DNA of 64,000 bases from Dipteris shenzhenensis (taxonomy: Eukaryota). Every line of letters begins with the position of its first letter. The stretch's first letter is position 1. The position numbers and the translations under genes were made by a program. The notes beneath the pieces are model-generated. The model saw nothing but the letters and a program-made list of their open reading frames with translations, searched no databases and had not been told where the DNA came from. The DNA is taken from assembly GCA_047967505.1 (NCBI GenBank), contig CM106538.1, one strand, 5' to 3'. This document shows, one piece after another, positions 36,661 to 49,500 of this stretch.

Positions 36661-38052
36661 CTCAATAGCATGTAGGTGGGTTAGGGTAGCTCTCCATGTG
36701 TGTTTGCCTATGGAGTTTTCACTCTCTCTCTACCAGTCAACCAGTTAACTCGGCATATGCATCAGCTTAGTGTCCCAATGTGCACTAGGATGTTAACCCA
36801 TCGTGCGTTGGGTTGTTAACTTGGTGTGCATGGGTTTTGTAAAGTTATGTGTCCATTGGGTTAGTAACCTTGCATGCATTGGCTTATTGTTGACCCTTAT
36901 TTTGGAAAATATTTGATCATTAATTATTCCAGCTGTCAGGGATTTTGTCAGATGTCAAGTTGTCAATCAGTGTCAGATGATGTCAGAGTGACAAAAGGCT
37001 AGCCCCACAAAGTCAAGCCTATCCCCATGTTGTCAATACTAACCCAGAGGATTCAATGCTATCCCAGTGGAAAATTAACTCATTGTGCACTGGGTCAATA
37101 TCTTGACGTGTTTGCTACATTAGGTTAACCTATTGCTTTTCTCTAGGAACTCTCTGGTTGCAAAATTTTTTGGGATTCTCTGAGTTTCATGGGCCTTTTG
37201 TAGTGTTTGGAGTGTATGAGGATTGGTTTTCTAGATAACCTACCTACTAAACAATAATAAGAGATCCCAATAATGAAATCAATAGTAGCTTCTCAGGTAT
37301 TTGTCTTCTCATTTTATCCTCACTACATTGAAGGTAGGCTTGACTCACCTATCACACCATCCCATAATGCATCAAGTTAGAAATTCCAATGTCATTTTGA
37401 GGAAGACAAGCATCAATATCAATTTATAATCATTATCCTCTTTACCAAAATTCTAAAATTTTCATCATAATAAAGACATGGATAAGCTTGCCAGAAAAAT
37501 GTCAAAAGAGCTTAGACAATATCACTCGTCATAAACCAAGGATAGTCAAGAAATCTTTGGAATATATCCAAGTAGATTCTTGCTATCAGCATTCCCTATT
37601 CACATCCAGTATACCAATTAAAGCAACAAAAATTTATTTGCATAATAATCATCTCTCTTATGGATTACTAGGCCCTTCTCTTCAATTATTCAATACTTTT
37701 TGGAATACCATCCCCTGTCTACCATCATTTGCAAGCAACTCTCATTCCCAACTCTCTTAATGGTATCCATTGTTTCAAACTTCTTTATTGATCAACTCTC
37801 TTAATGCTATCCATTGTTTCAAGCGTAATGTTGATCAACATTTATGTCAAGAAGTCATTCTATTGCCTATTACAAAAAAAAGGGCAAAATGCTCCCTCCC
37901 TTGAAGTTTCTTCTAAAATTTCCTTTCCTAGAACCATTTTTTACACAACAATTGATAAAATCATCACTACATTGGTAAAGCTCCTTCAATTAGCTCTATT
38001 TGAGGATTCATAAAGCCATTAACTTCCATCCATAAGATTTTTGCTAGGAAAT

Positions 38053-38262
38053 TGTTGTCTCTGTGCCAAGATGGACTTCGATAGTACAGAATGTGTGTGT
38101 AGAGTAGTGGCAAAGCTCCGCTTGTACCTGCATAAGGCTAGGAATAATCCCTCTTAGAAATCCAACTTGCATGTTCTACATGCAAGTTCAACATACGATT
38201 CCTACATGCAACTCCTACATGTGAGTTCTACATGCAACTCCTACATGCGAGTTCTACATGTA
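38053..38262 (+). repeat. Truncated LTR-like sequence, inverted copy of ~42760-42997
   Basis: Begins TGTTGTCT, matches the reverse complement of 42760-42997 and ends in 13-bp CTACATGCAACTC-type repeats. Confidence 0.8.
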
Positions 38263-38284
38263 TATGCAAATCAAGTACATCCCA

Positions 38285-38702
38285 ACACATATCGAGTGCC
38301 AATCAAGTGCTATGGGTGTGGGGAAAATCACCGGATCGCAGAGTGCCCTCATCGTGGTAGCCCACGACTTTCCAACCACTCTGTAGAGATTGTGGCATAG
38401 GACATGCCTGTATGGATTGTCCCATGAAAAATAAGGTCCCACAACAAACAGAGGTTAAGCATGATGTCCCAATCAACATCATTGGGGTGGCTCATCAAAG
38501 TCTGGGGCCAGCAAGCATAATATCACAACTCGTGAATGTAATTACATGCCAGCAGAAAGAGGCCACCAAGGACCCTAACATTCCAATCCAACCAAAGCCA
38601 CTTCTTAAAAAGAAAGCACAAGTTCCTCCACCTCCACTAATCAATGAGCAGGCAAGCTCATCCACATCAGCACAAACTGAATGTAGCCTTATAGGCATAT
38701 AG
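38285..38702 (+). mobile_element. Gypsy-type gag C-terminal fragment with zinc knuckles
   Basis: CYGCGENHRIAECP followed by CRDCGIGHACMDCP and VNVIT. Confidence 0.7.
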
Positions 38703-39624
38703 AACGACACTCAAGGTCCGTACAGGCAACATACCTTTTCAATTGGTGTACGGCCTTGAAGTTGTGGTCCCACTAAAATTTGTAATACCAAGCCTACGCA
38801 CTTTAGCACGCAAGCCATCCCCGACAAAAACAAAGATTTGGGAAACCCAAGTCTTCCTTAGTTAGGATTAGATTGTATCACGAACACTCACTTGCATATG
38901 TACATCTTTGCACATATAGGTAGCATCAATCAATTTTAACCTAGGGCTCAGAAGTGATGCTTGAGTTCTAGCTGCCCTATGAAATCCCACCAACAAAAAA
39001 ATGCATATAGTTAGTCCCTACCTAGCTACTAGGTCACGTCCACTCACATGCTTTTGCTTAGACACATAGGTGATTGCATGAATAATTGTGCCACACACTT
39101 TCATTTCACACTCTCAAAGCATGTATAAAAATAAGATCTCTCAAAAACACACACAAAGGTCACACCTGCATGCCAACTAATCTAATGATCAATGGTACAC
39201 CACATGCACATGGATGCAAGTTTAGAAAAAATGCCACCACTAAAGAGGATGCATAGAAAGAGCCCACCGCCTCAACCATGAGACCCCCTCTAGAGTTCAC
39301 AGCCATCTACATCCTCTCAACCATGGCAACCACTGGCATTTGTGGTCTAGAGCGATAGCTTTGAGGAGGAGACAATGCATGACCAAGAAGAACAAATGCC
39401 ACCCCAGTCACCATCGGCCTACATAATCATTGATGGGGCCCAGTCATTGAAACTTGTTTGACCACCTACATCGACTTATGCTCTTTCCCACAAAGCAACA
39501 TCTTACTTAGAGCAAAGGGGTCGAGGTAGTTTGCATGAGAGAGTAAAATCCTTGGAGGAGAGTCCTACAATGACCACATATATCAGGGACTTTCTCCATT
39601 CTTACCACTCCATCAATGCATAGG

Positions 39625-41100
39625 TGTTGAGATATCGAGCTCCACTCGTGATATGCTAGGGTAACCATTGTGCTTTATGTCACCGACTTGTTAGCTACAG
39701 ATGTGGTTGCTACACCACCCATGAATAATAGCTGGATGACAGCTATCTTCATGTACTCTAGTTAGTGGCTCAGTTAGTATGCCACCTTAGTTAGCCGAGT
39801 TTGGTTTGAGACCCACATATAGGGTTGTATGTGAGAAAGCTACAAGTGAGACTCCTTCCTTCTCTCCCACTCTCTTAACATCTCAAGAAAGTGCCTCGTT
39901 TTGTTGTGCGACCACTATTCTACAAGTCGGTGAAAAGTTATCACAGAAATTACATCTTATGCGTGTACGCAGAGATATTGGGAGTGACAGAATCATTCTT
40001 ATTGCCTGTTGATGCATAATCGTCACTAGGAAGTGACTGTGTGGTCAAATACCACTCTCGTCAGTTTTTTAGATTTGCCCTTGTGAGGCATAAGTTGTGT
40101 TTTTTTGCAGTGACAGAATATTTTGCAGTGTTCTATAATGGCGTTTGATGCTCTTTCATAGATTGTCACTGAAAAGCTTGATAAGAACAACTTCCAAGCA
40201 TGGAAGTTTAGAATGACAAATTTCCTTAAGGAAAAAGGCTATTGGGAGTTTATTGCTAGAGCTGAACAAGAACCAGTTATTCCTAACATTCCCAATCAAC
40301 AAGAGTTGCAGGCATTGACTACCACATGAAGGTGAAGAAGACTGCAGATGCACTTGCTTCTATTAGGTCGCCAGTGGAAGATGATGATTTAGTTTTTGTG
40401 ACCTTGAATGGTCTAGAAAAGGATTATGCACAATTCTGGACATCCATTGCCGTCCTTGAGAATTTTCCTGATTTTGAGGAGTTGATTGCTCTTCTAATTT
40501 CTGAAGAGCAGAGAAATGGTGGTGCATCTTCTTCAGGAGGAACTTCAAAAGAAGCTATCTTCTACTCAAATGCTGGAAGAGGTGCCACTAGGTTATGTTC
40601 ATGCTGTTCAACCTGAGTTTGTTTGCAGGTTGAAGAAAGCCTTGTATGGCTTGAAGCAAGCACCCAGAGCATGGTCTAACAAGATAGGATAGTATTTTGT
40701 CACTATTGACTTTCAGATTTCCAAGGCAGATTTCTCACTTTATGTGAGAAAAACATAGAAAGGCATTATGCTGCTTGTTATTTATGTTGATGATTTGATC
40801 GTCAGAGGTTATAGTGATGAAGATATCCTTCATGTGAAAATGCTATTGAAGCAGAAGTTTGAGATGAAGGATTTGGGAGAGCTGCGTTACTTCTTGGGCA
40901 TTGAGGTGATTAGATCCACAAGTGGGATATGGCTCTTAAAGAGGCAGTATGGATTGGACATGCTGTCCAAATATGGGATGACAGGCTGTAAGCCTATTTC
41001 AGTTCCTTTGGAGTAGAATGTGAAGTTGAGCACAGATGCAGGTGAGCTTTTGGAAGACCCTACTATGTACAAACGCATAGTAGGAAGTTTGATTTATATG
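39625..41100 (+). mobile_element. Internally deleted copy of the same copia family as 4146-9350
   Basis: 5' LTR start TGTTGAGATATCGAGCTCCACTCG is the reverse complement of the first copy's LTR end. The LTR is shortened and has no PBS. gag is fused directly to RT near 40585. IYVDDL is present. No 3' LTR. Confidence 0.92.
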
Positions 41101-42067
41101 AGTAGTTAAATTTTATGTAGGCAACAACACACACACATATGGGCTTCATAGATTTCAATGATCCTTATGTACAACATTGTATGCCCTTGTTTTAGAGGCT
41201 AATTCTTGGCAAAAAGAGGTGAAAATATTGGGCTATACATACCTTTTACATATGCCATCAATGACTTGCTAGGGAGTTTTTCTCTCAGTGAATTTTCTCC
41301 AAGTGCTACAAGCAATTAATATGAAGGAACCTATAGATAATTGCTATTGTTGATTCAAGTTGTATCCAATGATTATTTCTCACTCGTCATTGGGAAGGAG
41401 GACAAGAGCTAACAACTATGATTATGGATTTCCTTGAGAACCACATGAAGGAGGACAATCAAGAACTATTGGATTTTGAGAATAAGTATTTGATGATCAT
41501 CAGATGGTGTTTTTAGACCCTAGTTCATAATCTCTTTGGTGCACTATTGTAATGTTCCAAGATGAAGGAAACACTACTATCTAGCTTCTCATTCTAAACA
41601 TTCAAGTCCTACATACATACATTTATACAAAACTTGCATTTGAATAAATGGTTGAGATGACATTTGCAAACATGATAGTATGGAAGTGTTTGCTTTGCCT
41701 CTCCACTTTGCCTATGGTGGCAAGTGATGGCAAGCTCAATGTCACTTGCCATCCCATTTAGTAAACCAAAATTGCAAGTAGTATCCTCATTTTTTGTGCT
41801 CAACAGGGGTTTTCGTGTTAACTTGTGCCTTATCTTTGTTCAAAGGTTGTCATTGTATTACTTGACATTGAAATGACCCCAATATTATTGTTGTCATAAG
41901 TATTGGTATTAATATGCTTAAATGCTCAAATTGTGTCACCTCATATTAATATGCTTAAATACTATAAGCTTAAGTGTGGTAAGCAAACACAGTGCATGCA
42001 TGTGTGAAAGAAACGTAAGTCATCATGGTTGAGGTAATGAAGGCTTTCGCCTTCATTGGGGGTTGCA

Positions 42068-42228
42068 GGGTTTAGGAAGAGTTTAAGGGTTAGAAGGAGG
42101 TTCCAAGGTTTAGAAGGAGGTTCTAGGTTTAGAAGGAGGTTCCAAGATTTAAAAGGAGGTTCCAAAGTTTAGAAGGAGGTTCCAAGGTTTTAGAAGAGGT
42201 TCCAGGTTTAGAGGGAGGATCCAAGGTT
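42068..42228. repeat. ~20-bp minisatellite
   Basis: Repeated GGTTTAGAAGGAGGTTCCAA. Confidence 0.9.
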
Positions 42229-42314
42229 CAGGGTAGAGTACGTGGTGGAGAACTCGCCTCCCTCATAGCTCATGGAGGTTAAGAGTTAAGGAACTAAGAG
42301 ATTAGGGGGAGCAT

Positions 42315-42460
42315 AGGAGTGGGAGAGGAAGAAGGTGTAAGAGCATGGGGGAAAGAAGAGAGAGGAGGAGGAGGGGGAGGAGGAGGAGGAGAAGGGAGGA
42401 GGAGGAGAAGGAGAGGATGGGTTGCAAGGTTGGAGGAGAGGGGAGGAGGAGTTGCAAGGT
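42315..42460. repeat. (GGA)n-rich purine tract
   Basis: Directly visible. Confidence 0.85.
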
Positions 42461-42499
42461 TAGGACATGCTTTTGGACGTGGAGTGCAAGGAAGCATGG

Positions 42500-42997
42500 A
42501 CACTTGAGAGAATTGCTTGGAATACCAAAGTAGAACTCAACACAATGCCCCAAAGAGTGTGGGCTTCATTCCATTATGGGGTATTTATACAAGTTGGAGA
42601 CCTTCTCTCTTTGCATGTAGGAATTATAAGACATTCTCTCTCTGCATATAGAACTTGCATATAGAAGTTGCATGTAGAAGTTGCAAGTTGCATGTAGGAG
42701 TTGCATGTAGAACTCGCATGTAGGAGTTGCATGTAGGACTCGCATGTAGAACTTGCATGTAGGAGTTGCATGTAGGACTTGCATGTACGATTTGCATGTA
42801 GAACTCGCATGTAGGAGTTGCATATAGAACTCACGTGTTGCATGTAGGAATCATATGTTGAACTTGCATGTAGAACATGCAAGTTGGATTTCTAAGAGGG
42901 ATTAATTCCTAGCCTTATGCAAGTACAAGTGGAGCTTTGCCACTACTCTACACACACATTCTATACTATCTAAGTCCATGTTGGCACATAGACAACA
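42500..42997 (-). mobile_element. LTR-like element (solo or truncated) with an internal 13-bp tandem array
   Basis: Minus strand starts TGTTG at 42997, carries a 13-bp array (TTGCATGTAGGAG on +, ~42650-42885) and then TTGTATAAATACCCC, a TATA-like box typical of LTRs. The 3' boundary is uncertain. Confidence 0.6.
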
Positions 42998-43499
42998 TAC
43001 TCCTAGATCCATTTTATTACCCTTCCTCGAGTTATGGCTCATTGCGAGCACGTAGCTGGGTTGCCATGTCTTTAGTTCAGTGGCTGTGGAACTTGTGTCA
43101 TGCCAGTTGATCCTATTGTAAAGCCTTGGCACCATACAATTTTTACTTAGTTTCCAAGTAGCATGTATCCACCATTTGTTCAAATAGAGATATGTGGCAT
43201 GCTTCTAAGAAGATCTTAACATAGGTACGCCAAGAGCTTACCACGATCAATCAATTAATCAACTGACTGGCTAATACATAGCTTATATTGGGTGTAATAA
43301 GGTAAAATCCCATCCATAACATGTTCAAGTGATTAGTTTTCCTTCAAGAAGACTTTAATTCACTTAATGTTTTCAAGACCCTACCTTTTCTAGAATCAAA
43401 GATTCATATATGGAATGGGAATCCTAACTAATTTTCAAAGTTTGGGCTTGAGGGATTTAAAGCCAAGAAGATCTGAAGGACGAATTGATGTAATGGGGC

Positions 43500-43754
43500 C
43501 ATACCAAATGTCTAAGGTTGTATGTGAACACATGGTGTGCTTGGTTAGGTGTCAATAGGTGGGATTGAGTGAATCTAGGTGTGTGGTAATTGATTCAGAG
43601 ATTTGTGGATCTAGAAGCTCTACTAAGCTCACATATGATGTCACTACTCTATGTAACTTGTGCCTATATATTGGGCCTATCTCTCTTGAATAAACACTCC
43701 CTTTTGCTTCACTTATTGAATCCTTCTTGTTACTCCAACATGTGGTATCAGAGC
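43500..43754 (+). mobile_element. Remnant 5' LTR end plus tRNA-iMet PBS of another LTR element
   Basis: CCTATATA near 43665, AATAAA near 43689, LTR end CCAACA at 43740, TGGTATCAGAGC at 43743-43754. The left boundary is a guess. Confidence 0.7.
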
Positions 43755-45469
43755 ATTGGTTCACCCTCCTTGAGACCTCCTTGAGTGCCATGTCATCATC
43801 TTCTTCACAATGAAGGACTTTGAAGCTTTTCTCCCCTTCCTTCCCACGAAATTTCCTTGAGCTTGTTCTCCTCCATGTCTAAACCATTCCCCACATCCTT
43901 TCAACTCAAGTATCTGCATGATGAGGCGCTCCCCTAGCTAGGAGGAATTAGAGGATAGAAGTCTCTACAGCCCATGCCGTCTCCTTCTTCATCCCATGTC
44001 GTTTCTAGAAATTGAGCCTGCCGAAGCCACCATTCCTCAAATGCTTTGAGCTGCTACTGGGAGACCTTATTAGGAATCTGCTAATGAATTTTGAAGTCCA
44101 ATGGTCCACTATCTAAGGTGTATTGATGAAAAAACCAGTCAAGATTGAAGCTTTTGGCAATGGCAACCTGATGCATTTCTTTGCCCAAGCTTGGTTGTAG
44201 GTCTTCTCTATCAATAGACCTTTTATTGCGCACCAAATGCCCTTAAAGAGCTGCTACTGATTGTTCAAATTTGCTCTCCAATCTTCCACTATTTCTGCAA
44301 GCATATTTTGATAGTTTTAACTTGTTAATGCTCGACTAATCAACCAAACAATTGGGGCTTTTACTATTGATTGATTGTTTATTGTGCATTCACTTTGACT
44401 GAGCTCAAGAGATCAAAGTAATATATATGCATTATGGATTTTGGTGCTACACTTGGAACTCACTCAAGATGAAGTAGTGGCTGTTTTCCTTCAAAGTATG
44501 AATGCAATGATGCTTATTTATGAGTATCATGTGATGAACTTCAAGCAAGCCAAAGATGATCATATTGATGCAAAGGATTGTGATAATGTTATTGTTTCAA
44601 AGTATGTGGTCTTTTGGAATACCTGTGGAATGATAGACAAATGTTTTGCACTTTTGAAGTGCAACATGCTTTCACTGATACTCTCGGTGCTACTATTGAA
44701 AAAGGGATATTTACTCTCTTGACATTTAAATTCCATGCCAACTCAATTGGCAAATGTTAAGATGTACTTGTGACCCAAACCTATTGGCCTAGGGAACCAA
44801 ACTCGATTAAGAAGATCCATGACAAGAAGTCTTGGGAGCTAAAATCTGAGATATTCTTATTTGCATAGTTGTACTCCTCAATATGAGGTCATAAAATTTG
44901 GACTTGACTCCTATCTCCTACTACCCAAAACATTAGATTCATTCTTGCGTAACCCCCCCACATCCTTGTCTTTAAAAAAACATGCATACTTACATACACC
45001 CATACATTCACTGCTCTTATTGGCTTTGCTGCCTAACAAGATTACAATGAAGTAGAAATTATTTTGGGAAAATTCCTAAATAGACTGCCCGGCTCTTGAA
45101 GCTTTTTCAAGAGCTTCACGGCCATTTATGGTTCCTCTAGGGGAGGGGTCTCATTATATTTGGCACACATGACATTGAACTTTTGGCCTACCAAATGTGA
45201 ATAGTCTCATGATCAAACCTTGAATTATTTTTTAAAAACTTCACTCCCAACGGATTTTCCTCAACCTATATACACTAGTGACCACCTACCATTCATTTCC
45301 ATTGCCCATTGCAGTTACATTCTTAATGATAGGGTTTCCTAAACTTAAAAAATCATGTCATTTCCCCAAAAAAGGGTCCAATTTGAATTTATTCATTGCT
45401 TTCCTTTTCATCTGAACATTTCTCTAGAATGATTTTGGAGATGGTATCACCGACTTTTATCATTCAAGC

Positions 45470-45497
45470 ATACATACATACATACATACATATATGT

Positions 45498-45530
<33 letters not shown>
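45470..45530. repeat. (CATA)n/(TG)n microsatellite
   Basis: Directly visible. Confidence 0.95.
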
Positions 45531-45708
45531 GAAGACTTGACAACACCCCTTTGCATAGTGAAAAGACAAAAGAGTGAAGCTAAACAATGGAATGGGACTA
45601 ATTGCATTAACGAAAAAGTTTGTACAAGTCGGTGAATCCCTGCTTTTAATTTTACAAAAAAAAGGTCACAATTGACTTTAATGAATGAAGTAGGGGAGAT
45701 GGGTAGTC

Positions 45709-45767
45709 GAGAGAGAGAGAGAGAGAGAGGGATATTTTAGGGAGAGAGGAAAAGGGGAGAGAGAGAG

Positions 45768-45845
<78 letters not shown>
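45709..45845. repeat. (GA)n microsatellite, followed by a purine-rich tract to ~46020
   Basis: Long perfect AG run at ~45771-45843. Confidence 0.97.
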
Positions 45846-45847
<2 letters not shown>

Positions 45848-46514
45848 TTGAAAGGAAGAAAAGGGGGGTTAGAAGTAGGTTTGTAAGGGGGAAAGGGAAA
45901 ATAAAGAGAAAAAGGGAAAATTAAATAAGGAATTTTGATAAAGTTTAAGAGAAGGGTGGGAGAGGGTAGCATGAGAGTTTAAAGGAAGAGGTTTGGGCGG
46001 CCGGGGGGTGGGGGAAGACAAATGCATCTGTTCAAAGGGAGAGGAAAGAACCTATGCATCCATTCATGTGAGGGGCATGGATGGAAGATCACGCAGTTCC
46101 GATGTCAAGACTCAAGAGGATGGGAGGCATGAGGAAGTGGTAGGCTTAGGTCATGAGAAAAGATGGCAGAAGGTATTGCTAGTAAAGGAGGTCTTTGAAA
46201 GTGTGAGGGAGTACATTTTCTAACAGGCACCGGGGTTAAAATACATGGGTATTGGGTGTAGTCTTGGGTAGGAAAAGAAACAAAGTGCATGCACGAGTCA
46301 AGGGAGATAGCGAGTAGGTGGGAATATGGAGTCAGAGAATTAATGTGAGGGGCGATTGATTAATACTACAGTTTGCAGTGATGCAATTGGGGAAAACAAA
46401 GTATGACGTGGTTTGGCAATCATGTGGCATGGAGATCGAGAGTTTGGAGGCCCAAGGGACCAAGGAGAGCCACGGCGACAGTGGGATTGAATGCATGATT
46501 AGGGAGAGCGATAT

Positions 46515-49500
46515 ATTTGCAACTCAATTCCACCTAGGTTGAGGTGCGTAAAAATTATTGTGCCCATATGATATGCTTTGCATAGTCGATGAAGCATTAA
46601 ACATCGTTTTTGCCTCAATGTGATGCACATCTATCAAAAAACACGCTCCTAGGTGTGTTATCCGAACAAGCACTTATTGGATGGGGGCACCACTTTGCAT
46701 GCAAGTAAATTTCACCTAGTGCAAAGAATTCTTTCCATTGGATATTCTTTGCATGGTCGGTCACACATTATATACTGTTTTTCCCTCGTGTTATGCACAA
46801 CCATAAAAAAGCACTCTCCCTGGTGTGTTATCCAAACAAGTACTTATGGGATGTATGTGCCACTTTGCATGCAGCTCAATACAACCTAGGTTGAGGCAAT
46901 TGCACAGCATTGTGCCCAACCAATATGGTTTTCTTGGTCTATCAAGCATTAAACACCGCTTTTTCCTCAGTGTGATGCACATCTGTCAAAAAACACGCTC
47001 CTAGGTGTGTTATCGGAGCAGGTACTTATGAGTTGAGTGCTCCACTTTGCATGCAAGTCAATACTATCTAACTTGAGGTGCATGCAAAGTATTGTGCCCA
47101 TTGGATATGCTTTGCATTGTCGATCAAGCATTAATTACCGTTTTTGCCTTGGCATCATGCACAACCATAAAAAAACATGGTCCTAGGTGTATTATTTAAA
47201 CAAGTACTTATGGGATGGGCATGCCACTTTGCATGCAAGTCAATATCACATGGGTTGAGGCATGTGTTATGCCCATCGGATATCCTTTGCATTGTCGATC
47301 AAGCATTACTGTCATACACAACCATAAAAAAACACGGTCCTAGGTGTGTTATTCGAGCAAGTCCTTATCGGATTGGGGTGCCATTTTGCAGTCAATTTCA
47401 GCTAGGTTGAGGTGCATACAGAGTAATGCTACCATCGGATATGCTTTGCATTGTCGATCACACATTATACACAATTTTTCCCCTAGTGTTACAAAGGAGC
47501 ATCAAGAAACGCACTCGTAGGTGTGTTATCTAAATAAGTACTTATGACATGGGACCACCACTTTGCATGCAAGTCAATACCACCCAGATTGATGTGTGTG
47601 CAAAGTATTGTGTCCATTGGATATGATTTGCATTGTCGATCAAGCATTAAACACCATTTTTGCCTTAGTGTTATGCACATCCATCAAAAAACACGATCCT
47701 AGGTGTGTTACCCGAACAAGTACTTATTAAATGAGCACTCCACTTTACATGCAACTCAATACCACCTATGTTTAAGCACTTGCAAAGTATTGTGCCCCTT
47801 GTATATTCTTTCCATGGTTGATCAAGCATTAAACACTATTTTTCCCTTAGTGTCATGAACAACTGTAAAAAAACACAGTCTTAGGTGTATTATTTGAACA
47901 AGTACTTATGGGATGGGCACGCCACTTTGCATGCAAGTCAATACCACATGGGTTGAGGCATGTGCAATTTATTATGCCCATCGGATATCCTTTGCATTGT
48001 CGATCAAGCATTAAACACCCTTTTGCCTTAGTGTCATGCACAACCATAAAAAAACATGGTCCTAGAAGTGTTATTCGAGCAAGTACTTATCGGATTGGGA
48101 TGCCACTTTGCAGACAAGTCAATTTCACCTAGTTTGAGGCACATGCAAAGTATTGTTACCATTGGATATGCTTTGCATTGTTGATCATGCATTATACACC
48201 ATTTTTTCCCTAGTGTCATAAAGGACCATCAAGAAACGTGCTCCCAGGTGTGTTATCCAAACAAGTACTTATGGGATGGGTCCAACACTTTGCACACAAG
48301 TCAATACCACCAAGATTGAGGTGTGTGCAAAGTATTGTGCCCATTTGATATGATTTGCATTGTCGATCAAGCATTAAATACCGTTTTTGCCTTAGTATTA
48401 TGCACATCTGTCAAAAAACACGATCCTAGGTATGTTATCTGAACAAGTAATTATCAAATAGGCACTCCAGTTTACATGCAACTTAATACCACATATGTTG
48501 AAGCACTTGTAAAGTATTTTACCCTTGTATATTCTTTCCATGGTTGATCAAGCATTAAGCACCATTTTTCCCTTAGTGTCGTGAACAACCGTAAAAAAAC
48601 ACGGTCCTAGGTGTTCTATTCAAACAAGTCCTTATCAGATGGGTGTGCCACTTTGCATTCAAGTCAATACCAACTATTTTCATGCACTTGCAAATTATTG
48701 TGCTCATCGGATATGCTTTTCATGGTCGATCATGCATTATACACCATTTTGCCTCTAGTGTTATGCACAACCGTTAAAAAATGCACTCCCAGGTGTGTTA
48801 TCTGAACAAGTACTTATGGGATGGACATGCCACTTTGCGTGAAACTCAATACCACCTAGGTTGAGGTTATCGCATAGTACTGTGCCCATCCTATATGCTT
48901 TTCTTGGTTGATCAAGCATTAAACACCGTTTTTGCCTCAATGTGATGTAGATCCATAAAAAAGCATGCTCCTCAACATGTTTTCCGAACAAGTACTTATC
49001 TGATGGGTGCAACACTTTGCATGCAACATAATACCACCTAGGTAAATATGCTTTACATGATCGATCAAGCATTAAACATCGATTTTGTCTCACTGTCATG
49101 CACAAAAGTAAAAAAAGACAGTCCTAATTGTGTTAATCGGACAAGTACTTATCGAATAGGAGTGCCACTTTGCACGCAAGTCAATACCACCTAGAATGAG
49201 ATGCGTACAAAGTATTGTGACCATAGGGTATGCTCTGGATGGTGGATCATGCCTGATATACCATTTTCCCCCAAGTGTAATGCACGACCGTCATAAAACA
49301 TGCTCCTAGGTGTGTTATCCAAACAAGTACTTATGGGATGGGCATAGCACTATGCATGCAACTCAATAACACCTAAATTGAGGCACTTTTCACAGTATTG
49401 TGCCCATTTGATATGATTTACTTCATCGATCAAGCATTAGACACCGTTTTTGCGTCAGTGTGATGCACATCCGTAAAAAAACATGCCCCTAGGTGTGTTA

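Noticed and set aside
37300-38050. Possible decayed coding sequence (also 32040-32400, 41150-41600, 44380-44780)
   Set aside because: No recognisable motif in any frame. A translated HMM search would be needed.
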